The position numbers were made by a program, and so were the translations under genes. The notes under the pieces were generated by a model. The model worked only from the letters and a program-made list of their open reading frames with translations, did not search any database and was not told the DNA's origin. A stretch of DNA of 62,543 bases, counting the filler, from Choristocarpus tenellus KU-1152 (Eukaryota > Protista > Phaeophyceae): assembly GCA_964200185.2 (NCBI GenBank). It is 9 parts of 9 records of this genome, joined end to end, with 100 filler letters (N's around TTAATTAATTAA, not from the genome) between each part and the next. Parts side by side here need not be neighbours in the genome. Positions count along the whole stretch, not along the records: positions 33,458 to 37,195 come from CAXNAD020018216.1; positions 37,296 to 45,810 come from CAXNAD020004630.1; positions 45,911 to 59,805 come from CAXNAD020001332.1; 6 more parts are not named here. One strand, given 5' to 3'. Within the stretch, counting starts at the first letter, position 1; the number at the start of each line of letters is the position of its first letter. Positions 33,783 to 46,145 of this stretch are shown here, piece by piece.

Positions 33783-36700
33783 TCAACATGTTCTGGTGAA
33801 TATGCTTTTCCCTCTTATTCCACATGAGAACCTGAAGGTGAAATGCAAGCAAGTTAATTTCGAGGCGGGGGCGAAAGAAGCGAAGTGGATAAGCAGGATA
33901 TATATGCAGGCACATGCTCTGATGCATGTATATGGAACAATCAATATAAAATTGGGTGATGCGTACATTTTTTTCATTATTTTGTTTCGAGAGTATGTTA
34001 CGAAACAGTTTTGGCAGCTGCTCTTATCAATTTTGTTGTGGGGAAATCAAAAGCCAATCGATCAATTACAGCGTATGACCATAAACCTTCCAGGAATACA
34101 ACAAGCGTGGGCTGCAAGTCTCGAGGCTGTATCGGTCCATATAAGAACACTATGTGGCTATCGAACTTGCATATCTTGCCTAATTACCTGGAGAAGATCT
34201 GATCGATTTTGATGTGCGTGTGCACCACCATCATAAAATGTATCTTGACAACACGAATGACACTCGCTGCAACCAACAGCCCCGCGTATCCGAGAAAGAA
34301 ATTGTTCTTGTTCTCTGAGACGCAGTTGTCGACCTGGCCAGTTTGGAGAGATGGGAGCGAGGGAGGGATGAGCGTGAGGCCTATATGTCAGCCCATTTCG
34401 CCGCGTTTCGTGGAGGAACAGGGTAGGTTTCGGTTATTGCTAGAGCGCAATCTCTACATCACCGCCATCATGCATGCAGGTTGCAACACACAAACCAAAA
34501 CTAAAGACCGTGCTGTTAGTTACTTGGTGACTAGTATTCAGCGTGTATGTGTTGAGTAGGTCGCGTCAGGATGAAACCTTCTTACCTGCCAATGTGCTTG
34601 CTGGATGATGCAATTCCCCGCGTGATCGAGGCTGTTGTGGTACTTGTCGACAAGCCTTGTGAGGGCAAGGTGGGTGGTTGTGCAGACAAGATTACAACCG
34701 CGCGAACAATGATGTTCAACAGCTGTTGGTAAAACGTACTCTGCTCATTTACGCATTTATTTGGAGCAAAAAAGAGGGGTAAAGTAATTTGTTTATGCAA
34801 TGTAGAGGACATAAACCGATACGGCTGATGTACATGTCTGCGATCTCCACTACCCGTTGATTAGCTCTTACAATACTCTACGGTACGTACCTCCTCCAAG
34901 ATTGATAGGAGTGGAGAACACCTCCGCGAACCGGCCTTCGACGTGTGCGGCCATGATCTTCTGGCGTTCGGAGTAGCCCCTGATAAGGGGGACATGAACG
35001 AAAGGAACATGTAAAGAAAGGTCATCATGATGAACGGAATAGGTAGTGGAATTATGTGCGTTTGTTTTGGCGATTATTTCTTGGGACTTTGCACTCATCC
35101 GTAGGATAAAACATGGTCGTCTATTCTGTTCCGCGTGCGGCTGCAAAGTTCTTGTCGGATGGACTGTGCGTGCGAGTGGTTACCTGTCACCGCCGTGGGT
35201 AGGTGGGTAAAGTGCTGGGAGGGCGTGTGCTGTCTGGTTCGTGGCGTCTACGGACATGAACACGAAGCCGAGAGGTTTGCAGTCGGCTTTGGCCCGCATG
35301 GCGTTGCTGGTGCTGTTGGCGATGACCAGCCGATCCGCTTTGATAATCTGGCGAATGGGGGACAGCAACATCACGTGAATTAATCAAATAAATCTGCTCA
35401 GAGTTAAAAAAAAAAAAATGCCGCTTGTTAACACGTATCAGCTTAGTAACAAAAATGTAGTCTGGGTATCAATAGATGTTAGTATTGGGATATGTTTTTT
35501 ATTGCTGCGTTCAAAACAAACACCAAGTTATCGGGATGGTAGGAAGTACGCTCGTACTGGGCCGGAATACCGCTACATGACCTGTCCCTCCCACAGCCCG
35601 TTGTACACTATCAGGAAGCAGTCTGTCTTACAAGGTGTTTGGGCAGCTAATAACAGCAAGTTTTGCGGTGAGTGAGGCTACTGCTGAAGCCATTAACACC
35701 TGCGTGAGAGTCTTCATTCGCAAAAGGACACGGATTTACTTCAAAACGGAGGGCAATGACGGTGATATGTTGTCACTGTACCCTTTTTGCAAAATTAACA
35801 CTGGACACCTACCTGTCGATGGTCTGACAGCTCCTTATTGATGGGCTTGAGGACGGTGGAGTCATTGGTGGGTTTTACACCAGGCGCACCGTGCCGCTTC
35901 TCTTTTAACGTGAAACATATGTCACATTTCATAAACTCGCCTCCTACTCTCACGCGGATGTTGGGCTTGTCCTCTCTGAGCAATCGTAGGAAGTACTCCT
36001 TGCTTTACACGCTTGGAAGGGTCGTCAGGATACACCCATATTGCCTCTTTGCAAAAATCCTTGTATAGCTCCTGCGAAATAAAAATGTTGGTTGTGTGGG
36101 CAAGTGAGGAGTTATTGAGAAGGAACACTCGAAGAACACCCCTGCAACATCTCTCGAAGGCGGACTGACCAATAACTTTACTGAGAACGCGGAAGACAGG
36201 ATCAAGCAAGCTTACATCATGCATTACGAAAGAGCAAATACTATGGTCTGATTAAATCTTCCATGAGCGTCGTTCGGTTCGGGCCTCGCTGCCGTTTGCA
36301 GAGGCGACAAAGGAGGCGCATCTACCATCAGAGCCAAAGTATCTCAGAGGGTAGGGCCGCGTCCGTTTGGGGCCCAAAATCCAATGTTACGATTTCCATG
36401 TATTTTGTCTACCATGTTTGTCAGGAAGTGTCAGTATCCTTGTTTCGGACACATCTTTTCATAACGTATACATTTTACCTACTCCGAAACATTTTGGAGT
36501 GGAAAATGTCATTTTAAAAAAAACATGGGAAGTCAAGCCCCAAATGGACAAACAGGGCAAAACTCGTACCCTCTAAGATACTTCCACTCTCATCATCATC
36601 GTCATCACGAAGCGCTTTGTACATACGAAGTACACACTTTTCCTACCAATTTCAGACCGGGTCCGGGGTCGCAGAGTATGTGTGCTCGGCGTTGAAATAA

Positions 36701-37101
36701 CATTTATTGTGTCTTCCTTCGTAAAATCGACGAGTATCATCATGAATATTGAAATATCGACGTAGCAAACGAAAGGGATAGCACTTTGTATGAATCTTGA
36801 CATGTTCGTTTAACCATAATATCAAACGAGGTCAAGGTAATGAACATCCAACACTCGATATACTACTTAGATCCACCTTTTCTACGTACTGCCGGGTCAC
36901 ACAGTTTGCATCTAACTCCAACACAGGGTGCAGCCAACCTCTCCACAACCATGGGCAAAATCGACCTGTTTTTTCACGGTGTTGATCACAATTGTTGACT
37001 TGTGAGGCATGAACTGCCCGTATGTATCAGCCCAGTAGTCTATCCAGGACATCGCCACGTCTCGCTTCGGACCCATGTCCTTATCTTTGTTCGTGCCGTT
37101 C
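33783..37101 (-). pseudogene. Intron-containing Sola-like (DUF7869-type) DDD transposase pseudogene
   Basis: Exons are 36966-37101 (WIDYWADTYGQFMP), 35813-36071 (FMKCDIC; +1 frameshift at ~36005), 35184-35347 (FMSVDATNQ), 34891-34979, ~34586-34721 (GCNLVCTT; splice sites doubtful), 34188-34333 (VDNCVSENKN...HTHIKIDQIFS) and one from 33831 with an early stop at 33783-33785. Confidence 0.85.
36342..36578. mobile_element. MITE / non-autonomous TIR DNA transposon, copy 2, inside an intron of the transposase pseudogene
   Basis: Ends are TCTCAGAGGGTA and TACCCTCTAAGA. Homologous over its full length to the reverse complement of 1799-2031. Confidence 0.8.
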
Positions 37102-37393
37102 CTGTTGTAGTAGCGCATGTATGTACATGAATGGATGGGATATGTGTTGGAGGTGGATACGAGGGACGGGGAATGGAATCCTAGAGGTATCAGATNNNNN
37201 NNNNNNNNNNNNNNNNNNNNNNNNNNNNNNNNNNNNNNNTTAATTAATTAANNNNNNNNNNNNNNNNNNNNNNNNNNNNNNNNNNNNNNNNNNNNAGGAA
37301 ACGCCTTGTTGTACTATTCCTCAATCCCCCCTCTAATTCCACCCCTACTTTCCCCCCCCCCCCACTAAAAAAAAAGTTTGCAAGCAATCTGAC

Positions 37394-40300
37394 CTTGCCA
37401 AGCAGGGAGTCAATGACACCGATCTTTGACGACACCTTAGAGCCGCCAACAATGGCAGCGAATGGACGCATGGGCTCGGAGACAGCACCCTACGGCATAG
37501 CATCGGCAGGGAGGTATGTGCAAGGGCATGAACGTTACACATAGAGCTCCGATTCTGTACCAGAGTATTGCCCCAAGGCCCTCAGGCACCAGCTTAAGAA
37601 CACAAAGTGAATATTAACAACTACTGAGAAAAAAAAGACTCCAGCAAATTAAAAGGATCACAGTATCAAGTATCAGAACAAACACATAGACATTCACCCA
37701 AATGTCCCATTCAGTTCGCATTCAAACCCAAACCCAAACCCGCAAATCAATTCCTTCATATCTGACTGTCTTTGTATCAAAAATAAAAACAAGCACTTTC
37801 CTGTGCTTTCGAAAACAATGTCTACGATGCTGTTTTTAATCAAAACATTATGTACACATGAGAAAGTACTAAACCAGTCAAACCGTGTTTTTTGTATCAT
37901 TTATCTCCACTACATCTTACCTGAAGGTAGTCCAACTCCTTTTGAAGTAGGAATCCAGCCACAGAGGTTGACAAGTATCTGTATCCACCATGGGCCACAC
38001 GATAAAGGGAGCATTGTAAGTAGATTGAGCATTGTACGTAGATTTTCCAGGTATCTTCAGTCATCTCTCAGTGGCTAACAAAGGCATAAAACTTGAGTGA
38101 TACAAAACGATTTTGCCTTAGGTGCTACAAATAGTTGAGCAATACTTGGAATTGAACCACTTGATATTGCTTCTCTTTTTTTCAAGCAACAGTGTTGGAT
38201 GGTGCACCATGGTTACACTCAATTAAAAAACAAATAGAGTATTATCAGCACCACCATCATCCCTAAGCCTATACACTCTAAATCAGACATTTGACACTCA
38301 CTTCGTAACGCCCTCTGTGGAACCATGAGCACGGTGGGCTGTCCCAAACGCATCATTTACAAAGAGGTCAGCATTGGCTGCCAGCTAAGACAACCACACC
38401 ACCCCCACCCCCCCCAGAAAAATAAGCACCAGGGCAGCGAAAAGGGAAAGAGGAAATGGGAACGGGTAAAAATGGTTCCATCCATTGGTGGAGTGAAGGA
38501 GGCAAGCAAGGCAACCGCAACAGATGCTAACAATTTCAACTGAATCATGATTTGGTGGAACAAGCACAATTGAGTTCACCTGAGTATCTTAATCCAGTTC
38601 AGCAGGGTTAGCTGGAGGAGGGGTGGGGGCCGAGGTGAACTGGAATGTGAAAGAACCCAGAAAACGCTAGACCCATAGAGTTTTGATTTGTTCACAAGTT
38701 CGGCTTATAAGGATGAACGTTAGAAGCTTCAATCAATACAATACATGACTGTTTCAAAACTAGACCCTGAAATTCTACAGAGTCTCACCTTCTTGGCAAA
38801 GTCAGGGTCATTCTCTGTTTCCTCCGGGTAGAAGCGAACTTGTGAAGGTCCATTATTGGCAATATTTAGAAGGTCGTAAGCAAGGTCAACAGGAACACAG
38901 CAGTAAGAAGGGGAAGGGAGGAATGTTGTAAGGAACACGTCCCACAGGAATCACAACATGAAGAAGACAGACACAATGCCACACTGTGTAGACCTCATTT
39001 GATGCCACACTACGGTTGGAGTCACAAGGGCCCATCGAACTCAAGGACAGATTATAACTGTAAGTTCATCGGCTGCAATTCACCTCTAAATCTAGTACTA
39101 AACAAGCAAATCCAAGACACTGAAGGCAACAGCTAAGGCGTGCCAAAGACATAGTCAATGACCTCAAGCCATCATGATGCAAAATGTCTCTGACCCTTTG
39201 TGACCTATGCCATGTACTGAACAGCAAAGAACATCAATCTAAAAAAAAGAAAACGCACATTCATGATTGAAATGACTTAACAGATACAGTAAGGATCTTG
39301 TGTCTGAATTCCACCGTAAATAGCAACTTGAAGTAGATTTATGCTGCTTTACACTTCCGACTCAAATAACTGCCAGACCAGTTTCTACATAGTATGTAGT
39401 TTTTAAAAGATCACACAGATTCAAAGTGAGCATCTCTGGTCTCTTGGATGACAGCATCTCCTATCTACTATGACCTTAGTTGTGCAAAAAAGCAGATGGA
39501 CACACCACATTTCATCAATTCAGACACACACCACACACCATTCTCAAGCAGAATAATATCACCGTTCTTCATCTCGCCCACAAGACTGGCAACCTGCTCA
39601 TGAAGCAGGGCAAGCCAACAGACAGAAACAAGGTGAGGAGGTGAGGACTTCAGAAACACAGAGGGAAAAAATGATAGTAGAATCAGGGAAGAGAAGGGTT
39701 CTTGAACCTGTTCGTACGGGTGCAACGAGAGGGTGGAGTGCATGTAGTAGGCCTGCAATAGGAACAGCATCTACAACAAGTACAGAGGAGGTAGAGAGCT
39801 AACAGTCACCACAGCTAAAGAAAAAACATCCACAACACATCTCAACCCCGGGGAAAATCAGGTAAAAATTAATTTGTTTCATTATCTGGATCATGTCAGC
39901 ATGTGCTGGTGTTTGGCAGGGGTGTAGCTCTGGGTAGAACAGTCACAGCAACAAAAAATTCAGGACAAGTAACAGACATGGGCATCTACCACCCCAAAAT
40001 ACAAATCTCTCAAAGCCCTTCCACCTCACAAAAAAAAGAAACACCCATCCTACTTACAGAAACCAAACACTGAAAACAGTTTTGTCTTCCTACAGCAACA
40101 GTCTTTCCCCTCAACCTATCCACCTTCCACAACCCCCCCTCCCCCCCCCAACCCACCCCAAAAAACAGAATACACACGGTAATAAAATCAACACACCTCA
40201 TCACCAATGCAGTCTGGGGCCATGGCGACTGTCTTCCCCAGGAGCTTGGTCAGCCTCTCTGCAACAGGCTCCAGTGAGAACTTGTCCTCGGGGCCACTCT

Positions 40301-43300
40301 TTGGACGACCAAGGTGAGATGACAAGAGAACCTGATCACACAATGCCCAAGTAGGTGGAGGGGGGAAGGGGGATAGGTGGCGCAGGAGGGGTAGGAAATG
40401 CATTAAAAGCATATGTGGAAGTATAGGGTTACGGTATTTACCACTGAAACTTTGCAGCCAAAGAAAAATTTGCAAATACCTTTTGGATGATAGTCTTCTT
40501 TTCAGGCAACTTAGTTTTTTTAACTTCACAAATCTGCAGTAACAGTCAAAAGAAAAACGTCTATAGAGCACCCTAGTCATGGTTTCCAGCAGTAAGATCG
40601 GTTCAAGATCTTGACAACATGGCAAACAACTATCCTGTTAGCTTCTCTAAGATGAGAGCAAAGTAGAAACTCAACTCCCCTCCTCCTAGTATAGGTAATG
40701 CACAGATTGCCTGGGATACCTTACCTTGGCACCCTTGCTGGAAAGGTGCTTGATTGTGGGCAAGGATGCCCTGATGCGGGTGTCATCCGTGATTGTCTTG
40801 CCATCAAGGGGGACATTGAGGTCGCAACGAACAAGCACCCTGCCAGCGTGGCATTGACAACCTCAAGTCAACATGAATGCAAGGATCATCGGGCGCTTAC
40901 AGACAACCAGGCACTGAGGATGAGGAGCAGAAACCATTGAGGATGGAATGGGGGAGATGGGAAAGGGAAAGGGAACCAGGAGGAGAGGTGGCAGGAATAG
41001 GAAAAGGGCACGCCTCTAGTGCGGCTGTTTACTGCACTGAAATCTGTTACTAGGCGGTAGCCCCACCCCCCTGGATAATAAGACAAGAAAAAGAGGGATG
41101 AAATTACAACATAGCCCTCTCAGTCAAGACCACATAAAGTGCACATCTATACAAGGCATACCTGGCAAAAAACATGAAGCTGAGCTCTGTAATTGTCACC
41201 TCAAGCAGGATTCCACACATTATTATGTAACAACTCAAATTCCGACCCCATAACCTATCCCAAGAGTGTCAAGACAGGATGAGTCAGTTCCTCAACATTT
41301 CAACAGGACAGGCGCCCCTGGAGAAAGTGCGCATGGCCAACCTGCCGAAGTATAGCTTAGCAAGGAGGAAGGCGCACATACTGGGCCTTCCTGACATAAT
41401 GAGCTCCCCCTCCCCTCATTCCTACATCATAACCCAGAGCATGTGAGACATGCACCCACCTCTTGCCCTCAAGATCAGCAGCCTCAAGGTCCTCGACACT
41501 TTTCTTGGGTTTGTCTTTGTCTAGGGCAATACCAGACACACGGCTGGTCTCACCCATGGCACAGTATATAGGAAAATGGGTAGTAGTAGGCAGGAAGTGA
41601 AAATAGGGACTTTCTTAAGTTAGGACAAGTTGGGGCAGAGCATTGGTCACAGACAAGAATTTCAATTCCCCAGGAAGGAAAAGGAATGTGACACATGAAT
41701 CTCTGTGACACTGTTTTCTCACTTCAACTAACTCCAGATAAAATGTTTCCAGGAATACACGCTAAGCTCACATCCTCACACAGTCAACATTTATGAAACA
41801 GCTCGTGAGGCCAGAGCTCTACAAATATGGTTTCTTGTATGTACCACTCCAACTGCATTTAGCCCTTTTTTTGACAGCACTCAATGATCACCCTCACACA
41901 CGCTGCTGCAGCTGGCACTAAGGTCACACAGGCACAAGATTTCTAAGGTGGTGTCAATACACCCCATACCCTTGTCATTCCCAAGGAAACAATAATGAAG
42001 ATGAGCTCTCACCTTCCCTGTCCATGCTTCTTACCTCTTCTCAACAAGGCATGCAGCATTTTATATTTTTGATACCATCAATCAATACCATCCCCAATTG
42101 CAGAATGTCTGTCACCACGCCCTTAAAAGAAAATGTGATCAGTGTGGTGGATTATTCACAGGTACACATTACAAAATACTCAAATGTATGGTTTTGCGAA
42201 TTGAGAGGATTATCCAAGTAGAGCAATCATCGATATCACAATCGATGGTCAATTGTTTATTACATAGCACTCACATGAGCCACAAAAAAAATCTACATAA
42301 ATTTCCTCACCGGGCTATGCATCTACTTACAGTCACCTTGAGATGCTCAGCACTTCATGTATGTCTCCTCACACACTGCACACGAGATTTGACTCACTTC
42401 GAGTTAATCTAATCGGTTGGTGACTATGAATACAGCACTTGTAAAATTCAGTTTATTGACAACACTTCAAAGTGTATTTCATTGAGCTGCATCACTCTCC
42501 TTCCACTCTTCCAGTCAAGTTCTACCTTCACACTCACGCTTTCTGTCCGCACTATTCAAAGTGAGATGGACTTACTACCACACACACACATCAAATCCCC
42601 CCTTTAGCGTAGTCCTCATGTAGATGGGGCACAGACAAGTGAACCTTACTCTTGAGTAACCACTCCCCTAAGATTTTGCAACAAAGAGCTCTATCCTTAG
42701 CCCCTGGCTCTGCTTACAAAACTTAAAAATATCTTAGTTACTAGTTTGGGTCTCTTCAAACGCTGGAATTATGAAATCGAAGGTGGGTCGTTCATGGTCA
42801 AAAGGGTTAAAAAGGATAAAAATACTTCAACTTGAATGATATAGCATTGTCCTCTATACATGTGTTATTAGCGGAGGAAGAAAACTAGACCTACAACCAT
42901 TCAGCTACCTTCCTACATGCATCAAGTCGTGGGTGTACGCTCTTCACAAAGAATTTAGTGCAAGAAGAAAATGAGACAACCTCCTTATTCCTTCCTACAA
43001 AGATTGGCAAGCTGTAACTTCTCTTTGAGAAAAGGGACAGAGTGAGAGGGTTCATTACCACCATTGTCACTACTAGAGACTAACAGATCGTCCAAGGCGC
43101 ATGCAAGCAGGATAACAATTTCCAAGTTAACTTAAATCCTCACTTGAGCTCATCGATCGTGATGACGTTGGTAGCCTTTGCCTCCGCGAACCAAGGCTCA
43201 TCAGAGGCAGCAGACATGGTCAGTTCAGATGTCTTTGTCCAACGGCAATCTCTTGCTGTTGTGCTGACCTTGGTCTTCAATGCAAATGGGGTCTGGCGGT

Positions 43301-43967
43301 AATGTAGGGAGTTGGGAGAGGGAAGGGTTTGATATAAAAAATGCACTTATCGGGTCTACACGCTAATTGGTTATTCCAAAGGATATAGTGAGCGTTGCAT
43401 ATTGCGTATCCCGCCGGAAGTGATACCGGATCATCTGTTCCAGTCAACTCTCCACTTCTGGCACAATGAGAGAAGAAATGAGAGCAATGACACCTAGACC
43501 ACTCTATATCTCAAGAAGAACATACAATTATGCCCTATTCACCAGTGCAGCCTTGTCAACACCCCCCATCGCCTTACAAGTTTATCGACATCCTTAGGTC
43601 GAACAACCTGACATGGACTTGACATTAAACCTAAATTTAGCTCTGTTGTAGTCGAGAGCTCGTATTTTCACATAATAACTTGTCATAGTATATCGCATGT
43701 GGATAGGTTAAATCAATTCGAGCATGATGGACCTTTGGCACCTGTTCTTGGTATGATGCTTGGATCCCCACCTTTCTCAAATGTGACTTTCTCTATCACA
43801 TTACATACCTTGAACCCCTCTGTAGAGACAAGGGTGCCCGCCATGAAAACAATCCAAGCCACTCGGTCCATCATCGGAGACATGCCTGTGCCAAAACAGT
43901 GAGATCGAAAAACCAAGAGTGAAATATGCGTTGTAAGCCCTCCCTCCCCCCTCCACTTACCTTGCAT
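37394..43967 (-). CDS. PGK: Plastid-targeted phosphoglycerate kinase (5' part; truncated by contig end)
   Basis: Exons 43961-43967, 43809-43885, 43144-43292, 41460-41543 (acceptor tentative), 40725-40839, 40197-40331, 39539-39593, 38789-38838, 38302-38384, 37921-37978 and 37394-37489. Motifs: [53 protein letters not shown] and [12 protein letters not shown]. Signal peptide ends STEG-F, followed by a Thr/Ser/Arg/Lys-rich transit peptide. Confidence 0.97.
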
Positions 43968-44577
43968 CGAAGATCTTTGAAAAGTTCAATATCACATATT
44001 TTTTTTGTTTTGTTTTTATCAACATTCGGAATGTACTTAGTATGTACGTAATATGTGCGTAATACAGTGTGTAGGTAGTGGAGTAAATATACTCAACATA
44101 CCTAATACAGATTACATGTATATATATTCCATCCATGTAACATATATTATCATATATTTCGCTAATCCTATCCACCCCCATGTGAATCGTGTGATTCTGT
44201 GGCGGCGAGGTTCAGGCAAGGGTGGTGAAGAGAATCACTGGGCAAGACGGACCAGACGAACAAGGACGAACCGTAACCGAGGATACGAGCTTAAGGTTAA
44301 ACAAGTGCAATTTGAGCAGTGATGAGCATTATCAAAGATGGGGCTTCATCACCCTCAGTCAAAATGTGAGAACAAAGTGGATCCTCCATATGTGATAACT
44401 CTGAATGACAAACTGTCCCAAGTCTGTGTGATTGGTCACGTGAAAATATTCCATGGTTCCATACTGACGGAGGGTCCTGAAGTGGAATCATGGATGCTTG
44501 ACTGGGAACCTTTATCGGTACAACGGTATAACGGTATATGGCATACGTCAATTACGTTATCACAACGGGGGGCAAAC

Positions 44578-44685
44578 ATGCTTTCCACATTACCCCCCCC
44601 CTTCTGATCGGCCTTGAAGCCATGTAAACATGATTCAAGGTCAACCAAAAAGTGAGCTCTGGGAACGAAATGGGAAACATGTGTG
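44578..44685. repeat. ~105-bp dispersed repeat, inverted copy of 3299-3404
   Basis: Direct sequence comparison with 3299-3404. Confidence 0.85.
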
Positions 44686-46145
44686 ACTGTTAGTATACTA
44701 TTGCACCACTGTATTACACGATTCCATTAATACAAAATAATAACGAGGCTCACGATGTATATCTGAATGGGATAACATGGCCTAACGGTTGATGGTGTGT
44801 GGTCAGCACACCAATCAACCTTACAAGGTCTGAGAGTATGGAATCAGCATATCAATCAGCCTAAGGACGAGGCGAGAGGTATTTATGTGGACAGCATATA
44901 GGGTCTCTATTATCTTGTATAAAACAGAGGATACGCTCAGAATGGGGATACGAGGAGCAAACACTATACACGATGTCAACAAAACGAATTGACTAGTGTT
45001 TATGATTCGACGTTGCTATACAGATGTTATACGATGATTTGATCACCACTCCGATGAGTGAAAACAAAATCGCGTGTTATATGAACAAATCAACACAGCA
45101 AACGACGAGATCAAATGTGTGCACCCATTCTCCTTCCTCAATTCTGACTTCGATTGGAATATTGTTCACGACGACTACAATATTCCAAGTGAACAACTCA
45201 GACGTACGATGTTGGTGGCTCAACTCTCCTAAAACGATACGAGGTGACTGTACGGCCATTACATCATGTCGGGGGGATCATGCTACACGAAAAAAATAAA
45301 GGAGTAACATGTATGACTCACCTGAAGTCTCCATCTCTTACCTGGTGGTAGACTTGAATCTTCATTTTTTTTCTGTTTTTTAGGATGGGATTAGTCATTT
45401 CATGACGATCAATAAACCCATTTCATGAAAGTGTGACATGATGTAATGAACAGCCACCTTTAGCATACACGTGCTAATATATAATATGCCTGGTGATAGC
45501 ATGGTCTCTTCACCACCGCATGTGTCCACTCATGCAAACGAGGAGAGTTGAGAGATAAAATTAATTGTATATTAATTTATCTAATCCACCGACATTTATG
45601 TATACAGTACCTACACTGATTTTATACCAAATATTATGTACCAAACCCATTTTTGTACCGCTTTTTTCGACATGCTAAAAAAAAATAGGCTTTTGTACCG
45701 GAATTCTCGTATTCGGGCTACTTGGTACAAAATCCCAGATATATTCACGCGAGTTTGGCGCGCGCTTAAAAAAAAAACAAGAAAAGTGCCTTTCTTCCTG
45801 AGTCATGCTANNNNNNNNNNNNNNNNNNNNNNNNNNNNNNNNNNNNNNNNNNNNTTAATTAATTAANNNNNNNNNNNNNNNNNNNNNNNNNNNNNNNNNN
45901 NNNNNNNNNNATTGATTGTTCCATTACTCCATAAATAATTTACCGTAACTGTCCGATAGAGTTGGAAGAGTCTAATCGAACACCTGGTCCTCCTTTCGAC
46001 AATCTTATCCTATACGGACCAATTAACGCCAGATAAGATTGTCGTACATTGTGGAGAGAGGGGCGCCTTATGCATAGGTAAGCGCTTAGCATGCCGAGGT
46101 CCAGTCTCTCGATAACCACAACCATACCAGCAACAACGTAAACAA

